Virus record (IMG/VR): IMGVR_UViG_3300042013_000065 | Direction: 5' to 3' (one strand) | DNA length: 64,000 nucleotides | DNA from: a virus | In this document: positions 8,171-17,203 of the stretch, piece after piece | How positions within the stretch are numbered: position 1 is the first letter of the stretch | How the letters are laid out: each line of letters opens with the position of its first letter | The notes under the pieces: model-generated | Database searches by the model: none | The model's input: the letters and a program-made list of their open reading frames with translations, nothing else | Told to the model about the DNA's origin: nothing | Made by a program: the position numbers and the translations under genes

Positions 8171-8380
8171 TTATTGCTGTACGTAAGGCCCGCCAACATC
8201 GTCGGGGTGTGCCTCGTATTCGTCGCGCATCTGGCGAACGAAATCTGAATCACGGTCGTTTGCGATTTCGATATCTTGTACAGTACCGTCTGGCATTTTA
8301 CGCAGTACGTGCGCGCTGATTCCGTCTACAAGAAGTGAAGCGGCTTGCGGTGCAAACGCCTTGAACAATTCTGAAAACAT
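8171..8380 (-). CDS. Hypothetical protein
   Basis: 69-aa ORF, GAGGT RBS. Confidence 0.75.
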   Translation of the reverse strand: MFSELFKAFAPQAASLLVDGISAHVLRKMPDGTVQDIEIANDRDSDFVRQMRDEYEAHPDDVGGPYVQQ

Positions 8381-8391
8381 TTCTACCTCAG

Positions 8392-8688
8392 TTAACGAAG
8401 TTGATGTTGCGATTCCATGATCTTGTGGCGCAATTGGTGAAACTCAAAATTGCGTTCCGCAATCGTGTTGTTGTAGTCCAGCAGGAAGTACAAACGTTCT
8501 GGCGTATAACGCAGACGTTGGTTTTCCGTTTTCACAGTGAATTCACCGTCTTCAAAAACGATGCTGTCTACCATGTCCATTGTTTGGCCGTGGTATTGCA
8601 GATACACCGAAGCCATTTTCAAATCCCCTACTGTGCGGATTTTCTTTTTCACTTCGGTGAGGATTTCAAAGCTGTTCAGCGCACGCAT
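8392..8688 (-). CDS. Hypothetical protein
   Basis: 98-aa ORF, TAATG overlap. Confidence 0.8.
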   Translation of the reverse strand: MRALNSFEILTEVKKKIRTVGDLKMASVYLQYHGQTMDMVDSIVFEDGEFTVKTENQRLRYTPERLYFLLDYNNTIAERNFEFHQLRHKIMESQHQLR

Positions 8689-9035
8689 TAAAAGCTTCCC
8701 GTTTGAATGACGATCAATTCTTGCGTCGGCACAGCGAACACCGTTCCGGCATTCAGTGATTCTGCGATGTCGATTCGGAACGGAACCAGCAAGTGCGCAA
8801 AACGGTTTTGATTGTTGCGGTCTTCTTTGTCGAGGTGATCCGGGTTAACGGTCATCGCGGCGCTGATGTAATCCCACGCTTTATAGAACGACTTTTTGAA
8901 ATCATCGCTATTGCAGTAAACGCCGTGCATTTTGTGAATTGCGCGCAGCAGGTTTTCAGGGATAACGCTTACGTCTGGAACGAAGTACAAATGACGTTCG
9001 TGTTCGACGTAATCAACGCTAAGTAGTAAGGACAT
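8688..9035 (-). CDS. Hypothetical protein
   Basis: 115-aa ORF, GGGAAG RBS. Confidence 0.8.
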   Translation of the reverse strand: MSLLLSVDYVEHERHLYFVPDVSVIPENLLRAIHKMHGVYCNSDDFKKSFYKAWDYISAAMTVNPDHLDKEDRNNQNRFAHLLVPFRIDIAESLNAGTVFAVPTQELIVIQTGSF

Positions 9036-9091
9036 GATTAAACTTCCCTAGATGTGTGAGTGTCATGCTTTGGGGTGCTGTGCGGCAGCGG

Positions 9092-9442
9092 TCAAGATAC
9101 CGCATCTACGTCCACTGTGTCAAGGGCGTTACGGGCGTCGTAGGCCGCTTGGTCAGTGCGTGCGCGGGCGACAGCAGCTTCGAATTCGTTGGTCATCATT
9201 CGCGGGAAACGGGTGTTCTCATACGTGCGTTGAATCACGATATGTTCCGGTGCGTGGAACTGCGCAGTCAAACCAACTTCTAACAACGCTTCCTGAAAGA
9301 TACCCTTTTCAATCGTGTGCATTCGTTGCTTGTTGAATAGCACCGACATTTCATAGGTGCCCATGGTGATGCCATCGGTGTTCAAAGTGTCCAACGTTTC
9401 TTTGAGTGCACTTGCTGCAAACTGCCAATACAATTCCATCAT
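9092..9442 (-). CDS. Hypothetical protein
   Basis: Start at MMELYW with GGAG RBS. Confidence 0.75.
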   Translation of the reverse strand: MMELYWQFAASALKETLDTLNTDGITMGTYEMSVLFNKQRMHTIEKGIFQEALLEVGLTAQFHAPEHIVIQRTYENTRFPRMMTNEFEAAVARARTDQAAYDARNALDTVDVDAVS

Positions 9443-9454
9443 TTCTCTCCGCAT

Positions 9455-9487
9455 AAAAAAGGGCCTGAACATTCCTGAACAGACCCT
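9455..9487 (-). terminator. Intrinsic terminator
   Basis: AGGGTCTG...CAGGCCCT then TTTTT. Confidence 0.75.
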
Positions 9488-9493
9488 GAAAAA

Positions 9494-9700
9494 TCAAACC
9501 CGGTAGTCACGATCAACCCAAGCAGGGCCGTAATGTGCATCCGGTGGAATGTACGCTGCGCAAACACGGTCAGCATCGGTTTCGGAATAGGTCACGTGGT
9601 GCGTTACCAATTCTTTTTCAATGATTCCGTTTTCGTTAACCTGCATTCGCGCAGACACTACCGCATACGCTTTCGTTTGTTTCTGTTGGACTAGGCTCAT
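9494..9700 (-). CDS. Hypothetical protein
   Basis: 68-aa ORF. Confidence 0.7.
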   Translation of the reverse strand: MSLVQQKQTKAYAVVSARMQVNENGIIEKELVTHHVTYSETDADRVCAAYIPPDAHYGPAWVDRDYRV

Positions 9701-10046
9701 TCTTCAACGCCTTTCTAACAAGTGGAACGAAACGGCGTGAAACAGGAAACACGAAATCTTTCATCACCACGTCATAGCGACAGCGCGCCACATCGCGTTC
9801 CAGACTATGCACAGCGGATTGGCGAACCAAAATCCCGCGATTGATTTGCATAAATTCTGGAAATTCTACCTTCAACCCTTTGATGGTGTCTTGATCTTGA
9901 CTCAGAAGAATCGCAGACCCGTCTACCAGAAAAGCATCGACGTATTTGTGGTTTGCTTGAAAGGCAACAATTTCATCGAACGTTACTTCGCGAACCTTGC
10001 GGCCTACGCGATGCGTGAACGAATTTCTGCGTGCAACCTGTTCCAT
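9636..10046 (-). CDS. Stand-alone LytTR-family DNA-binding protein
   Basis: VTFDEIVAFQANHKYV...TIKGL...EFMQINRGILV...FPVSRR matches the LytTR pattern (I.yiea..kY...tL..l...F.riHRs.iV...pVSR); no receiver domain. Confidence 0.75.
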   Translation of the reverse strand: MEQVARRNSFTHRVGRKVREVTFDEIVAFQANHKYVDAFLVDGSAILLSQDQDTIKGLKVEFPEFMQINRGILVRQSAVHSLERDVARCRYDVVMKDFVFPVSRRFVPLVRKALKNEPSPTETNESVCGSVCANAG

Positions 10047-10057
10047 GTCATTTCCAT

Positions 10058-10654
10058 TTATTTGGAGTTGAGTAGTTTCAGCAACGCGGCTTTTTCAGCG
10101 ACGGCACGGTCGGCCACGCTTTGTTGCACTTTTGCGCTGCTGCTTTTGAACCTTGTCTTTACAGTATCGCGACGGTAGTTCTGAACCTTCTCGATGAACT
10201 CCGCATCGGTGCCTTTGAAATTGGCGCCAACCGCTTGAACAATCAATGAAGTGTTCGGCCCGTATTGAACGCACACACTGAACACGCATTCGCCTACAGC
10301 GTCCGCACGTTTGGTGATGTCGATTCCGTTTTTCAACAGGATCGCCACTTGTGGATCGTAATGGGATACTGCGATGTACAGGAATTGGTTTACTTCGAAT
10401 TCCAGTGGTGTTTCTTTACAGATTTTTTTGTACACCTCATTGAATGCAGTTGTACCCGGTTCCAGACCGGCGAAACGTTGGCGATAAGCAGTACCAAATT
10501 TCGAAGCAAGAAACTTCGCCATGGTTCCGGTTTTTGTAGCGAGTTGGTGTGCACCGTAGCTCACACCGCCTGCATCACCTTTACCCGTGGAGATTGTCGA
10601 AACACCAGCACCAGCCGATTCGAAAATTGCAGAGATTTTTCCAGTAACAGCCAT
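10058..10654 (-). CDS. Lysozyme-like muramidase (VgrG3 C-terminal-like), probable endolysin
   Basis: SAIFESAGAG..TISTGKGDAGGVSYGAHQL motif; SVCVQYGP; AGGAGG RBS. Confidence 0.75.
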   Translation of the reverse strand: MAVTGKISAIFESAGAGVSTISTGKGDAGGVSYGAHQLATKTGTMAKFLASKFGTAYRQRFAGLEPGTTAFNEVYKKICKETPLEFEVNQFLYIAVSHYDPQVAILLKNGIDITKRADAVGECVFSVCVQYGPNTSLIVQAVGANFKGTDAEFIEKVQNYRRDTVKTRFKSSSAKVQQSVADRAVAEKAALLKLLNSK

Positions 10655-10686
10655 AACACATTCCTCCTTTGGATAAGTGTTATGAC

Positions 10687-10694
10687 TAAATTAC
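10687..10694 (-). promoter_or_regulatory. Candidate late-promoter motif GTAATTTA
   Basis: Intergenic, 33 nt upstream of lysozyme; same motif precedes both sheath genes. Confidence 0.45.
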
Positions 10695-11279
10695 TTAATA
10701 CTCAGGCAGCCAACCTTTATTGATTGAAAACGCAAGGTCGTAACCATCATCACTTGGAAATCTTGTGATGATTCCGTGGTAATCAATTTTCATGACGAAC
10801 CGATGCGCAATCATGTGACCCGGCAGAAAAATATCCGTAACCATAAGCACAGCCACGTTTTCGTCGTCTGGATCTTTTGGTGCACGCATCCAATCGTAAC
10901 GCATGTTCGTCTTGGTCATTTCCCCACGAAAATTTGACACGAATTGCATCGCCGAAATTTCATCAAAGACTTCATCGCGCAAAGGCAACAACGCATCACG
11001 TGCGCGAGCAATCACGTACTGTTCCGCCGCCAGTTTCATCAGCGTTAGCGACGATCCGTGAATGTTGTAGTCAACTGGCGATGCGCGGTAACTGATTGCG
11101 TATTGGTCGTGTGTTTTTGTGTCAGCCTTCGACAGACCACCGTACGCTTTCAAATCCTCAACGAATTTCAGATGCGTTTCTTTCATGGGCTTGAAATGCA
11201 AACGCGCATCCAGAATCGTGTGCATGTAGTCACGAACCAGCGCGGTCAGCGGGATCGTGACGTCCACGTTTCTGTTCAT
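10695..11279 (-). CDS. Hypothetical protein (194 aa)
   Basis: Start moved to MNRNVD to avoid the 560-nt overlap with 11299-11907. Confidence 0.7.
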   Translation of the reverse strand: MNRNVDVTIPLTALVRDYMHTILDARLHFKPMKETHLKFVEDLKAYGGLSKADTKTHDQYAISYRASPVDYNIHGSSLTLMKLAAEQYVIARARDALLPLRDEVFDEISAMQFVSNFRGEMTKTNMRYDWMRAPKDPDDENVAVLMVTDIFLPGHMIAHRFVMKIDYHGIITRFPSDDGYDLAFSINKGWLPEY

Positions 11280-11298
11280 GAGCAAACAAACTTCGGCG

Positions 11299-11907
11299 TT
11301 AAGGAAGTTTGCTGTCGGGTACGGTTGGCTTGGCGTCGTCACCAACAACATGTTGCGTAATTGATCCAGCATGCAGGAAAGCTCCGTTATAAACGATCCA
11401 GTTTGATTGGCGACCGCACTTGGAAAATTGGCACGTGTAAACCAGCGGTGTGTCTTCACCGAAATGATCGAAGTGCAAAGGAACAGACGGGCGAATATCC
11501 GTACGGTACGTATCGCAATGCGGACACTGAATGTCATCGTACGAACGACCGCGTGGGCCTTCCGCACCGGGTGTACCCATGTCGCCGCGAGCGCCTTGTA
11601 CACCGCAAGGGCCTGTGAATTTTGCACGAAGTTTTGCACGGATTTTATCGCGCAGGCTTTCGTATTCCACGGTGCCGAGGTAGTAGCCTTTGTGCGTGCG
11701 AGCATAGTAGGCAGCAAGGTCACGCATTTTCTGCAAACGATTGCGGTTTTCTTCGTACTCGTTTCCGTAATCGTATTCCTGTTCTTCCTCGAAAGCCAAG
11801 GTGAACCAGAAAAACGCATAGCGAACTTGTGCAATGTATTTGAAATCCCGTTCCAGTACACGGGTCAGACATTGCTTCTGTTTTAACAGCGTGTTCAACC
11901 AGCTCAT
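11299..11907 (-). CDS. Protein with short collagen-like repeat and C-terminal zinc ribbon
   Basis: 8 G-X-Y triplets GPCGVQGARGDMGTPGAEGPRGRS; CPHC...CQFSKC. Confidence 0.75.
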   Translation of the reverse strand: MSWLNTLLKQKQCLTRVLERDFKYIAQVRYAFFWFTLAFEEEQEYDYGNEYEENRNRLQKMRDLAAYYARTHKGYYLGTVEYESLRDKIRAKLRAKFTGPCGVQGARGDMGTPGAEGPRGRSYDDIQCPHCDTYRTDIRPSVPLHFDHFGEDTPLVYTCQFSKCGRQSNWIVYNGAFLHAGSITQHVVGDDAKPTVPDSKLP

Positions 11908-12110
11908 ATCATGCCCTCGAAACGCAGGACGATGTTACGTTTGCCCCGTGGGTAAACTTTGTCACGCAGACGACGGTGCATTTTCCAGTAGGATTTTCTG
12001 GTATGAATATCCGTGTTGATTTTGTCGCCTACAACACTGAGAAATTTTTTGTGTATTGAGTGCTGGTGCTGACGATAACGTTCAGCAAGTTCGTACGTTG
12101 CGCTAGCCAT
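11904..12110 (-). CDS. Small basic hypothetical protein
   Basis: 68 aa, overlaps both neighbours. Confidence 0.75.
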   Translation of the reverse strand: MASATYELAERYRQHQHSIHKKFLSVVGDKINTDIHTRKSYWKMHRRLRDKVYPRGKRNIVLRFEGMI

Positions 12111-12550
12111 CAGGAAAGCCCTACAGGAATTTTGTTCACGAATTGCGAACCGAGTGTTGTGTACTCAAACGTTTCGAGTTCACGTTCGGTCGGCTTCTCA
12201 AGCATGATTTTGCCGCGTAGCTGCCCAGCAGGCACCCACCACATTTCTTCGCGACGTTCCATGAGTTGTTGAATGTATTGAGCAGCCCATTCGTGTGCTT
12301 CACGGAAGGTGTTGAACGGCGAGAAAATCATCGTGTAATTTTCGCTGGCGCCTACCCATTTGAACGAAGGCAGAACCATGTTGCCGTTGCCATCGAGGCC
12401 AAATTGTTTGGTAATCGAGGCGATGCTCAATGCACCAGTACCTTCGCAGATACTGATAAAAAGCGTGTAGTGATCGTAAAGTTTCCACACTACTTTATTC
12501 GACACACGTTTGTTATTTATCGTGCGACGATTTCTTTTGTTGGCACGCAT
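12110..12550 (-). CDS. Hypothetical protein
   Basis: 146-aa ORF, TAATG overlap. Confidence 0.75.
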   Translation of the reverse strand: MRANKRNRRTINNKRVSNKVVWKLYDHYTLFISICEGTGALSIASITKQFGLDGNGNMVLPSFKWVGASENYTMIFSPFNTFREAHEWAAQYIQQLMERREEMWWVPAGQLRGKIMLEKPTERELETFEYTTLGSQFVNKIPVGLS

Positions 12551-13122
12551 TACACACCGCCTCGGATCAGGGCCACGGAACGTGGGTTGATATCGAAAGC
12601 ACCGAAGCCATGAAAGCGCGGCTCAGGTTCCATCGGTACATAATCGTGCGGGCGCACAGACATACCCATGGAAAACGTCGGCTCTTTGCTTTTAGGAATC
12701 GTAGCTTCCAGCGCGTCAAATTGTTGTTGATTCAAAACGATTTTGTCAGCGAGTACGTAAACTTCGTTGTTCGGTTTGGTTTCATAAGTGATGTCAAAGC
12801 GACGTTCTTTTTGAAAGCGTACGCGATGGCTCCACTTACGTTCCCGCATGTGTGCAACCTGTCGTGTCGTAGGCAACAGCGGAGAAACAACGAGAGGCAT
12901 ACCAAACAAAGATGCAGGATAAACGTTTCCGTTTTTATCAGGCATTGCTGGCTCGTTAAGTCTGCCGTGTGCTGCCATTTCCAGTTTCAATGCCATGATC
13001 GACGCAAGAATCGAAGCGGCGTCAGTGCCAGTCGGTGCGGAACTGGTGGCGCAGCCATTCGCCAAAGCAACAGGATCGAATTCTGGATTGATACCGCCAA
13101 AAAGCTTGCGAAAATCAGTCAT
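12550..13122 (-). CDS. Hypothetical protein, paralog of 13951-14367
   Basis: Shared RERKW...FQKE...YE.[KR]P segment. Confidence 0.8.
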   Translation of the reverse strand: MTDFRKLFGGINPEFDPVALANGCATSSAPTGTDAASILASIMALKLEMAAHGRLNEPAMPDKNGNVYPASLFGMPLVVSPLLPTTRQVAHMRERKWSHRVRFQKERRFDITYETKPNNEVYVLADKIVLNQQQFDALEATIPKSKEPTFSMGMSVRPHDYVPMEPEPRFHGFGAFDINPRSVALIRGGV

Positions 13123-13125
13123 GTT

Positions 13126-13413
13126 TTATGTCCACGATTTGTTCGGAATGGTTGCAGTAATGTGCAGGATTGCGCTGCGCATGTTCACAACACGATTCAG
13201 GCATTCGTTGTAAATTTGTTCTTCTTCGTTGTCTTCAGGAATCGAGTCGGATGCAGTAGACCAGACTGGATAGCCGTAGAAAGAAATCGTGTACTCTTCG
13301 GTGTTCGAATGAATCTCGAAAAGCTGCGCGTATTCTTCCTGCGCGTTCGGGATGTTGTCGAAGGTCAGAAGGGCATTCAGACGATCAGCAACTGCATAAA
13401 TAGTTTCGCGCAT
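13126..13413 (-). CDS. Acidic hypothetical protein
   Basis: 95-aa ORF. Confidence 0.75.
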   Translation of the reverse strand: MRETIYAVADRLNALLTFDNIPNAQEEYAQLFEIHSNTEEYTISFYGYPVWSTASDSIPEDNEEEQIYNECLNRVVNMRSAILHITATIPNKSWT

Positions 13414-13679
13414 TATTCAACCTTCCTTACGTCAGAATATTTAATGGGCATTGGTGCCCCTGTGAACCACTCAGAAACGTGGCGGCATTTCCCACACGTG
13501 TACAGCGCTTTCAGTTCTTCAGGGTTTTCTGTGTTCACGTAAGACGAAGCGAATGCCTCACCGTCAGTAAGGTCGCCGTACCACGTGTTGCAGTTTTCAC
13601 ACAGAATGAATTTTGGTTTTGGTTTTTCCTGCTTGGGCGATTTACGTAACAGTTCTTTGAGCCAGTGCCAAAGCTTCAC
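13413..13679 (-). CDS. Zinc-ribbon protein, paralog of the 11299-11907 C-terminus
   Basis: CENC...YTCGKC...SEW. Confidence 0.75.
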   Translation of the reverse strand: MKLWHWLKELLRKSPKQEKPKPKFILCENCNTWYGDLTDGEAFASSYVNTENPEELKALYTCGKCRHVSEWFTGAPMPIKYSDVRKVE

Positions 13680-13954
13680 AATGTTTCACCCATCTTTTCA
13701 GCCAGACGCATGATGGCGAGAACCGTACCCTGCGGATGAACGTCGATTTGTGCACGCAGACTGTGCATGCGGACGTAAGCGATTTCCAAATGATCTTTGA
13801 TTTCGCTAAGCGTTTCCGTCTTTGGGAATTCGTTAGGAATTACACGCTTGTGTTCTGGATTCGCCAGCAACGCCAAGTCATGTTCAAGAATTGCAACGCG
13901 ACCGAGAACGCGAATCAGCAGTGCACGTGCGCGGGTGTAATATCCATCGTTCAT
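13676..13954 (-). CDS. Hypothetical protein
   Basis: 92-aa ORF. Confidence 0.75.
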   Translation of the reverse strand: MNDGYYTRARALLIRVLGRVAILEHDLALLANPEHKRVIPNEFPKTETLSEIKDHLEIAYVRMHSLRAQIDVHPQGTVLAIMRLAEKMGETL

Positions 13955-14367
13955 TCTTTTTCTCCAAGCATCTGACGTAGAAAACCGGGACGTTCACTGG
14001 TAATGAGTAGTCTTTGGGCCATGTATGCGCCCATGCCACCGAAACCTGTGTGCATGCGTGTTGCAGTGCATGCGCGTACGTCATCGTAATAGTACGGGTG
14101 CATGATGATGCAGTCGTCTTGAATCAACGCCGTTTTACACGGACGATTTTCGTACTTCGTTGTATACTGCACTTCTTTTTGAAACTGCTTGCGGCGTGCC
14201 CACTTACGTTCCCGGACAATTTTCACAAGGGTGGTAAGGTCGCGGTTTTTTACAATCTTGTAGCCTTCGTAAAACGGCATTTCATTGCCGTACTGGTCAG
14301 CGGCATACACACCGTTGGTGCGCATGTCGGAATTACTGAACTTGATTTCAACGATGTTTTCGTTCAT
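13951..14367 (-). CDS. Hypothetical protein, paralog of 12550-13122
   Basis: RERKWARRKQFQKE...YENRP...IIMHP. Confidence 0.8.
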   Translation of the reverse strand: MNENIVEIKFSNSDMRTNGVYAADQYGNEMPFYEGYKIVKNRDLTTLVKIVRERKWARRKQFQKEVQYTTKYENRPCKTALIQDDCIIMHPYYYDDVRACTATRMHTGFGGMGAYMAQRLLITSERPGFLRQMLGEKE

Positions 14368-14942
14368 GCGAACAGCCCCTGTTTACGTAGTTCTTTCTCA
14401 AGCTTTACAGTTTTGATTCCGTGGTCGTTCAAATGGTCTAGCACCATTCGCATATGCTCACGGCGAGCGAGATTGTAGACAGGGACTTCGAATTCTTCGG
14501 CAATCATAATTGCAACGCCGGTTCCACCTGTCGTTCCATAATTATACGACTGTCTTCCGATACAACCATCCGGCGTCCAGCACAACACGAATGACGAAGG
14601 CTTGGCATCCTCGACACACGTAGCTAGACCGACGATTTGAAACGCGTTGCGACGAAACAGTTTCATGAAATTGTCAGGTATTACGACAGGGTAAACTTTC
14701 CACGCCAGATATTCAGCGAACATTATCTGCGCTTCAGTGTAATCCCACATGCCTGTTTTGTGGCCGTTGAAGTTACGCCAAGGCAAATACACTTCCTGCT
14801 TTTGCGCACCTTTTCCGAAGGCTTGGTCTGCACCTTCCGCGTACCCGTGACGACAAAACGTTTCCATGGTCGATGCAAACAACGTCATGACCTTTTGAAT
14901 CAGAAGTGGCGTCACACGGGCACCCACTCCCGTCCAAGGCAT
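14364..14942 (-). CDS. SLOG-superfamily (DprA/SMF-like) protein
   Basis: WTGVGARVTP...RHGYAEGADQAF..GA...EVYLPWRNFN...GGTGVAI..A....VPVYNL. Confidence 0.75.
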   Translation of the reverse strand: MPWTGVGARVTPLLIQKVMTLFASTMETFCRHGYAEGADQAFGKGAQKQEVYLPWRNFNGHKTGMWDYTEAQIMFAEYLAWKVYPVVIPDNFMKLFRRNAFQIVGLATCVEDAKPSSFVLCWTPDGCIGRQSYNYGTTGGTGVAIMIAEEFEVPVYNLARREHMRMVLDHLNDHGIKTVKLEKELRKQGLFA

Positions 14943-15286
14943 TACGAAATCCAGTCGTAAACGTCGTGCATTCCGGCAACCTCCAAGTCACCCAACAAAC
15001 GATTACGCGCTTTTGCAACGTTGTTCATTTGGTAATAGGCGATGCTTTCGCGCAGACTTTTGACTTTGTTGAGTTGGTCTTGAATCAGTGACAGCCAATA
15101 CAGCTCAGTGAAGTAGAAAGCTTCATACGAAAACCCGGTTGGCCCTACATAATCACGAAGAGGACTGACTGTATATTTCAGCGAGGCCAATTCTTTTTCG
15201 AGGTCTTCGATATGGCTACCCATCGCTGCCCACGCTGGATAATATTTGCGATAGACTTTTTCGTTTGCGTTTTCTGGCATGCTCAT
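14942..15286 (-). CDS. Hypothetical protein
   Basis: 114-aa ORF. Confidence 0.75.
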   Translation of the reverse strand: MSMPENANEKVYRKYYPAWAAMGSHIEDLEKELASLKYTVSPLRDYVGPTGFSYEAFYFTELYWLSLIQDQLNKVKSLRESIAYYQMNNVAKARNRLLGDLEVAGMHDVYDWIS

Positions 15287-15290
15287 ATTT

Positions 15291-15599
15291 TTACCACCGT
15301 AAAAGATCGCGAAAATTGTGTTCGAAAAGACGGTCAGTCAAATGGCGAGCAGGATCGGAACTGCGCAGGCGTTCCAACTGCGTGTTGATGTCAGCCAGTT
15401 GATCTAACGCTTTGTGTATCGCGTGAACCCAACCGAGTTCAGTCAGGAAAGGCGCGGTAGCGAGCGGGCCAGTTGCACCCTTGTTGAAAGGCTCTGTAGT
15501 CCAGATTATTTGTAGCAGTTTACGATGGCGCGAATCAATCTCACGGTTCACACGTTCCAATGCTTTTTGATACTTTTCAAATTCAGGGTTGATTTCCAT
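15291..15599 (-). CDS. Hypothetical protein
   Basis: 102-aa ORF. Confidence 0.75.
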   Translation of the reverse strand: MEINPEFEKYQKALERVNREIDSRHRKLLQIIWTTEPFNKGATGPLATAPFLTELGWVHAIHKALDQLADINTQLERLRSSDPARHLTDRLFEHNFRDLLRW

Positions 15600-15600
15600 G

Positions 15601-15888
15601 TTACACCGTGATCAATTTGAGTTCAGGAGTGTTCATCGCTTTTTTCACACACGCATGAATTTCACCGCGACAATTTGCACCGAGGTTCACAGTCTGCAAA
15701 GCGTAACTGCCTGTCGGTCGCCATAAGCCTGCGTAGGCCACGCACCAACCCAACATCGGTTGCACTAATGGATCTTCGCTTTCGATTCGGGCCACGTAAA
15801 AATCGTCAACTTTCAAAACGTCTTCGTCTTTGAAACCTGCACCACGTGTTTCGCTACGGTCGTTAAAAACCAACAGGTAGTGATACAT
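15601..15888 (-). CDS. Hypothetical protein
   Basis: 95-aa ORF. Confidence 0.75.
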   Translation of the reverse strand: MYHYLLVFNDRSETRGAGFKDEDVLKVDDFYVARIESEDPLVQPMLGWCVAYAGLWRPTGSYALQTVNLGANCRGEIHACVKKAMNTPELKLITV

Positions 15889-16850
15889 TACTTTTCGTCC
15901 CGTGTCTTTGCTGGCAAGGATGTGGCCGTGTTGTATTTGAAGTGGTAGCCGTTCTTACCGTATTCTGTTTGGTAGTGCGCAACGTTTCCGCAAATTGTGC
16001 AAGTGTCTTCACGACCGTAGCAATCATCGCTCGGATCGTAGTTGCCGGAGTTACCCCACGAATGGGATTTGATGGCTTCTTTCGGATGCGTGCAGCCTGT
16101 ACGGATGGCAACAATTTGTGCTTGCGCGTCTTCAATGATTTTCTGCTGCTGAAGAATTGCCAGCGTGATTTTGTGATCGCTGCCGACGTGCATAAAACGT
16201 TGTTCGTTGAAGTACGGATGCAGGCGGCGCATGTAATCTATTGCAGGCAACGTTCCGCAGTATTCCAATGCACTATCAACACGGAAACAGGCAGCATTCC
16301 ACGCGCTTTGTGAGCTGTATTGCAGGCGCGGGTTTTCCATGAAAATTGGAAAGATTTTCCACGCGTCAGAAACGCAACGTTGTGCTTTGAAGACGTGGCC
16401 GTCACCGCCTTTTGCTGTGCGTATTGTCATGACGTTTGGAATAGCCAAGTCAATGAACAGGGCCAGACATTCAACGCGGCGTTCCCATGCGCTGTCGCCG
16501 AGGTGTTGTGCTGCAACGTATGCACGAAACACTTGCAGATATTTGTGGCGTTCAATCGCAGGCGTATATTCCGCGTCTTTGATTTCTGTCATTGCCAGCA
16601 TAATTGCAACGTCGAATGTGGTTTCACGTTCCCAATCAGGAATTTCACGAATATCGTTGTCAACGGCAGTCAAGATTACGAGCGTGTACAGAAACGTGTA
16701 GACCGCTTCAAGGCTCAGCGCACAAGTTTCCTTGTCATATACACGCCACACGTAATTCGCGTTTACTTCGTCGAGAAAACTTGTGGTGTAATTCTGTATT
16801 TCAGGTTTGCCATCCAAACCAATTCGATCAATTACCGGAAACTGCTGCAT
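15888..16850 (-). CDS. Hypothetical protein with C-terminal Cys/His metal-binding motif
   Basis: 320 aa; GCTHP...GNYDPSDD...CTICG. Confidence 0.8.
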   Translation of the reverse strand: MQQFPVIDRIGLDGKPEIQNYTTSFLDEVNANYVWRVYDKETCALSLEAVYTFLYTLVILTAVDNDIREIPDWERETTFDVAIMLAMTEIKDAEYTPAIERHKYLQVFRAYVAAQHLGDSAWERRVECLALFIDLAIPNVMTIRTAKGGDGHVFKAQRCVSDAWKIFPIFMENPRLQYSSQSAWNAACFRVDSALEYCGTLPAIDYMRRLHPYFNEQRFMHVGSDHKITLAILQQQKIIEDAQAQIVAIRTGCTHPKEAIKSHSWGNSGNYDPSDDCYGREDTCTICGNVAHYQTEYGKNGYHFKYNTATSLPAKTRDEK

Positions 16851-17160
16851 AGGTTTTCACCGCGCATGAAAGACAAGAAATGGCGCGCTTGTCGCCGATG
16901 AAAGATTCTTTGCAACCGGGGCACGTTCCCATGTACCGGCCCGGTGCGTACCCACGGCCCAGCAGATAGGAAAGAGGGGCGCCGTACAGCTTGATTTCCA
17001 GTGCACGTACGCCCCCATGTTCTTCTACAAATGCCGAAAGTTTTTCACTGTCCGGTTCCTGTAAAAGTTTGTGGAATTCTAATGTTTCAGGTTTTGCATT
17101 GAAGTGGGATTCACTACCCAACCAACGCAGTAGCATTGCAACTTCTTGATGAATATCCAT
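16828..17160 (-). CDS. Hypothetical protein with C-terminal zinc finger
   Basis: GYAPGRYMGTCPGC...GDKRAISCLSC. Confidence 0.8.
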   Translation of the reverse strand: MDIHQEVAMLLRWLGSESHFNAKPETLEFHKLLQEPDSEKLSAFVEEHGGVRALEIKLYGAPLSYLLGRGYAPGRYMGTCPGCKESFIGDKRAISCLSCAVKTYAAVSGN

Positions 17161-17203
17161 TTAATTCTCCGTTGGAAAGGTGGCCGTCCTTGGCCTTTGT
17201 CAC

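Noticed and set aside
11279-11861. 388-aa version of ORF 10695-11861 overlapping 11299-11907 by about 560 nt on the same strand
   Set aside because: It is the +1 frame of the neighbouring gene, which is naturally stop-poor. The extension looks non-protein-like, and an ATG at 11279 fits normal gene packing. Overprinting is not excluded but is unsupported.
12790-12930. FGMPLVVSPLLP resembles the HK97 capsid L.G.PVV.S..MP motif
   Set aside because: Short motif in a 190-aa accessory protein with no other capsid features.
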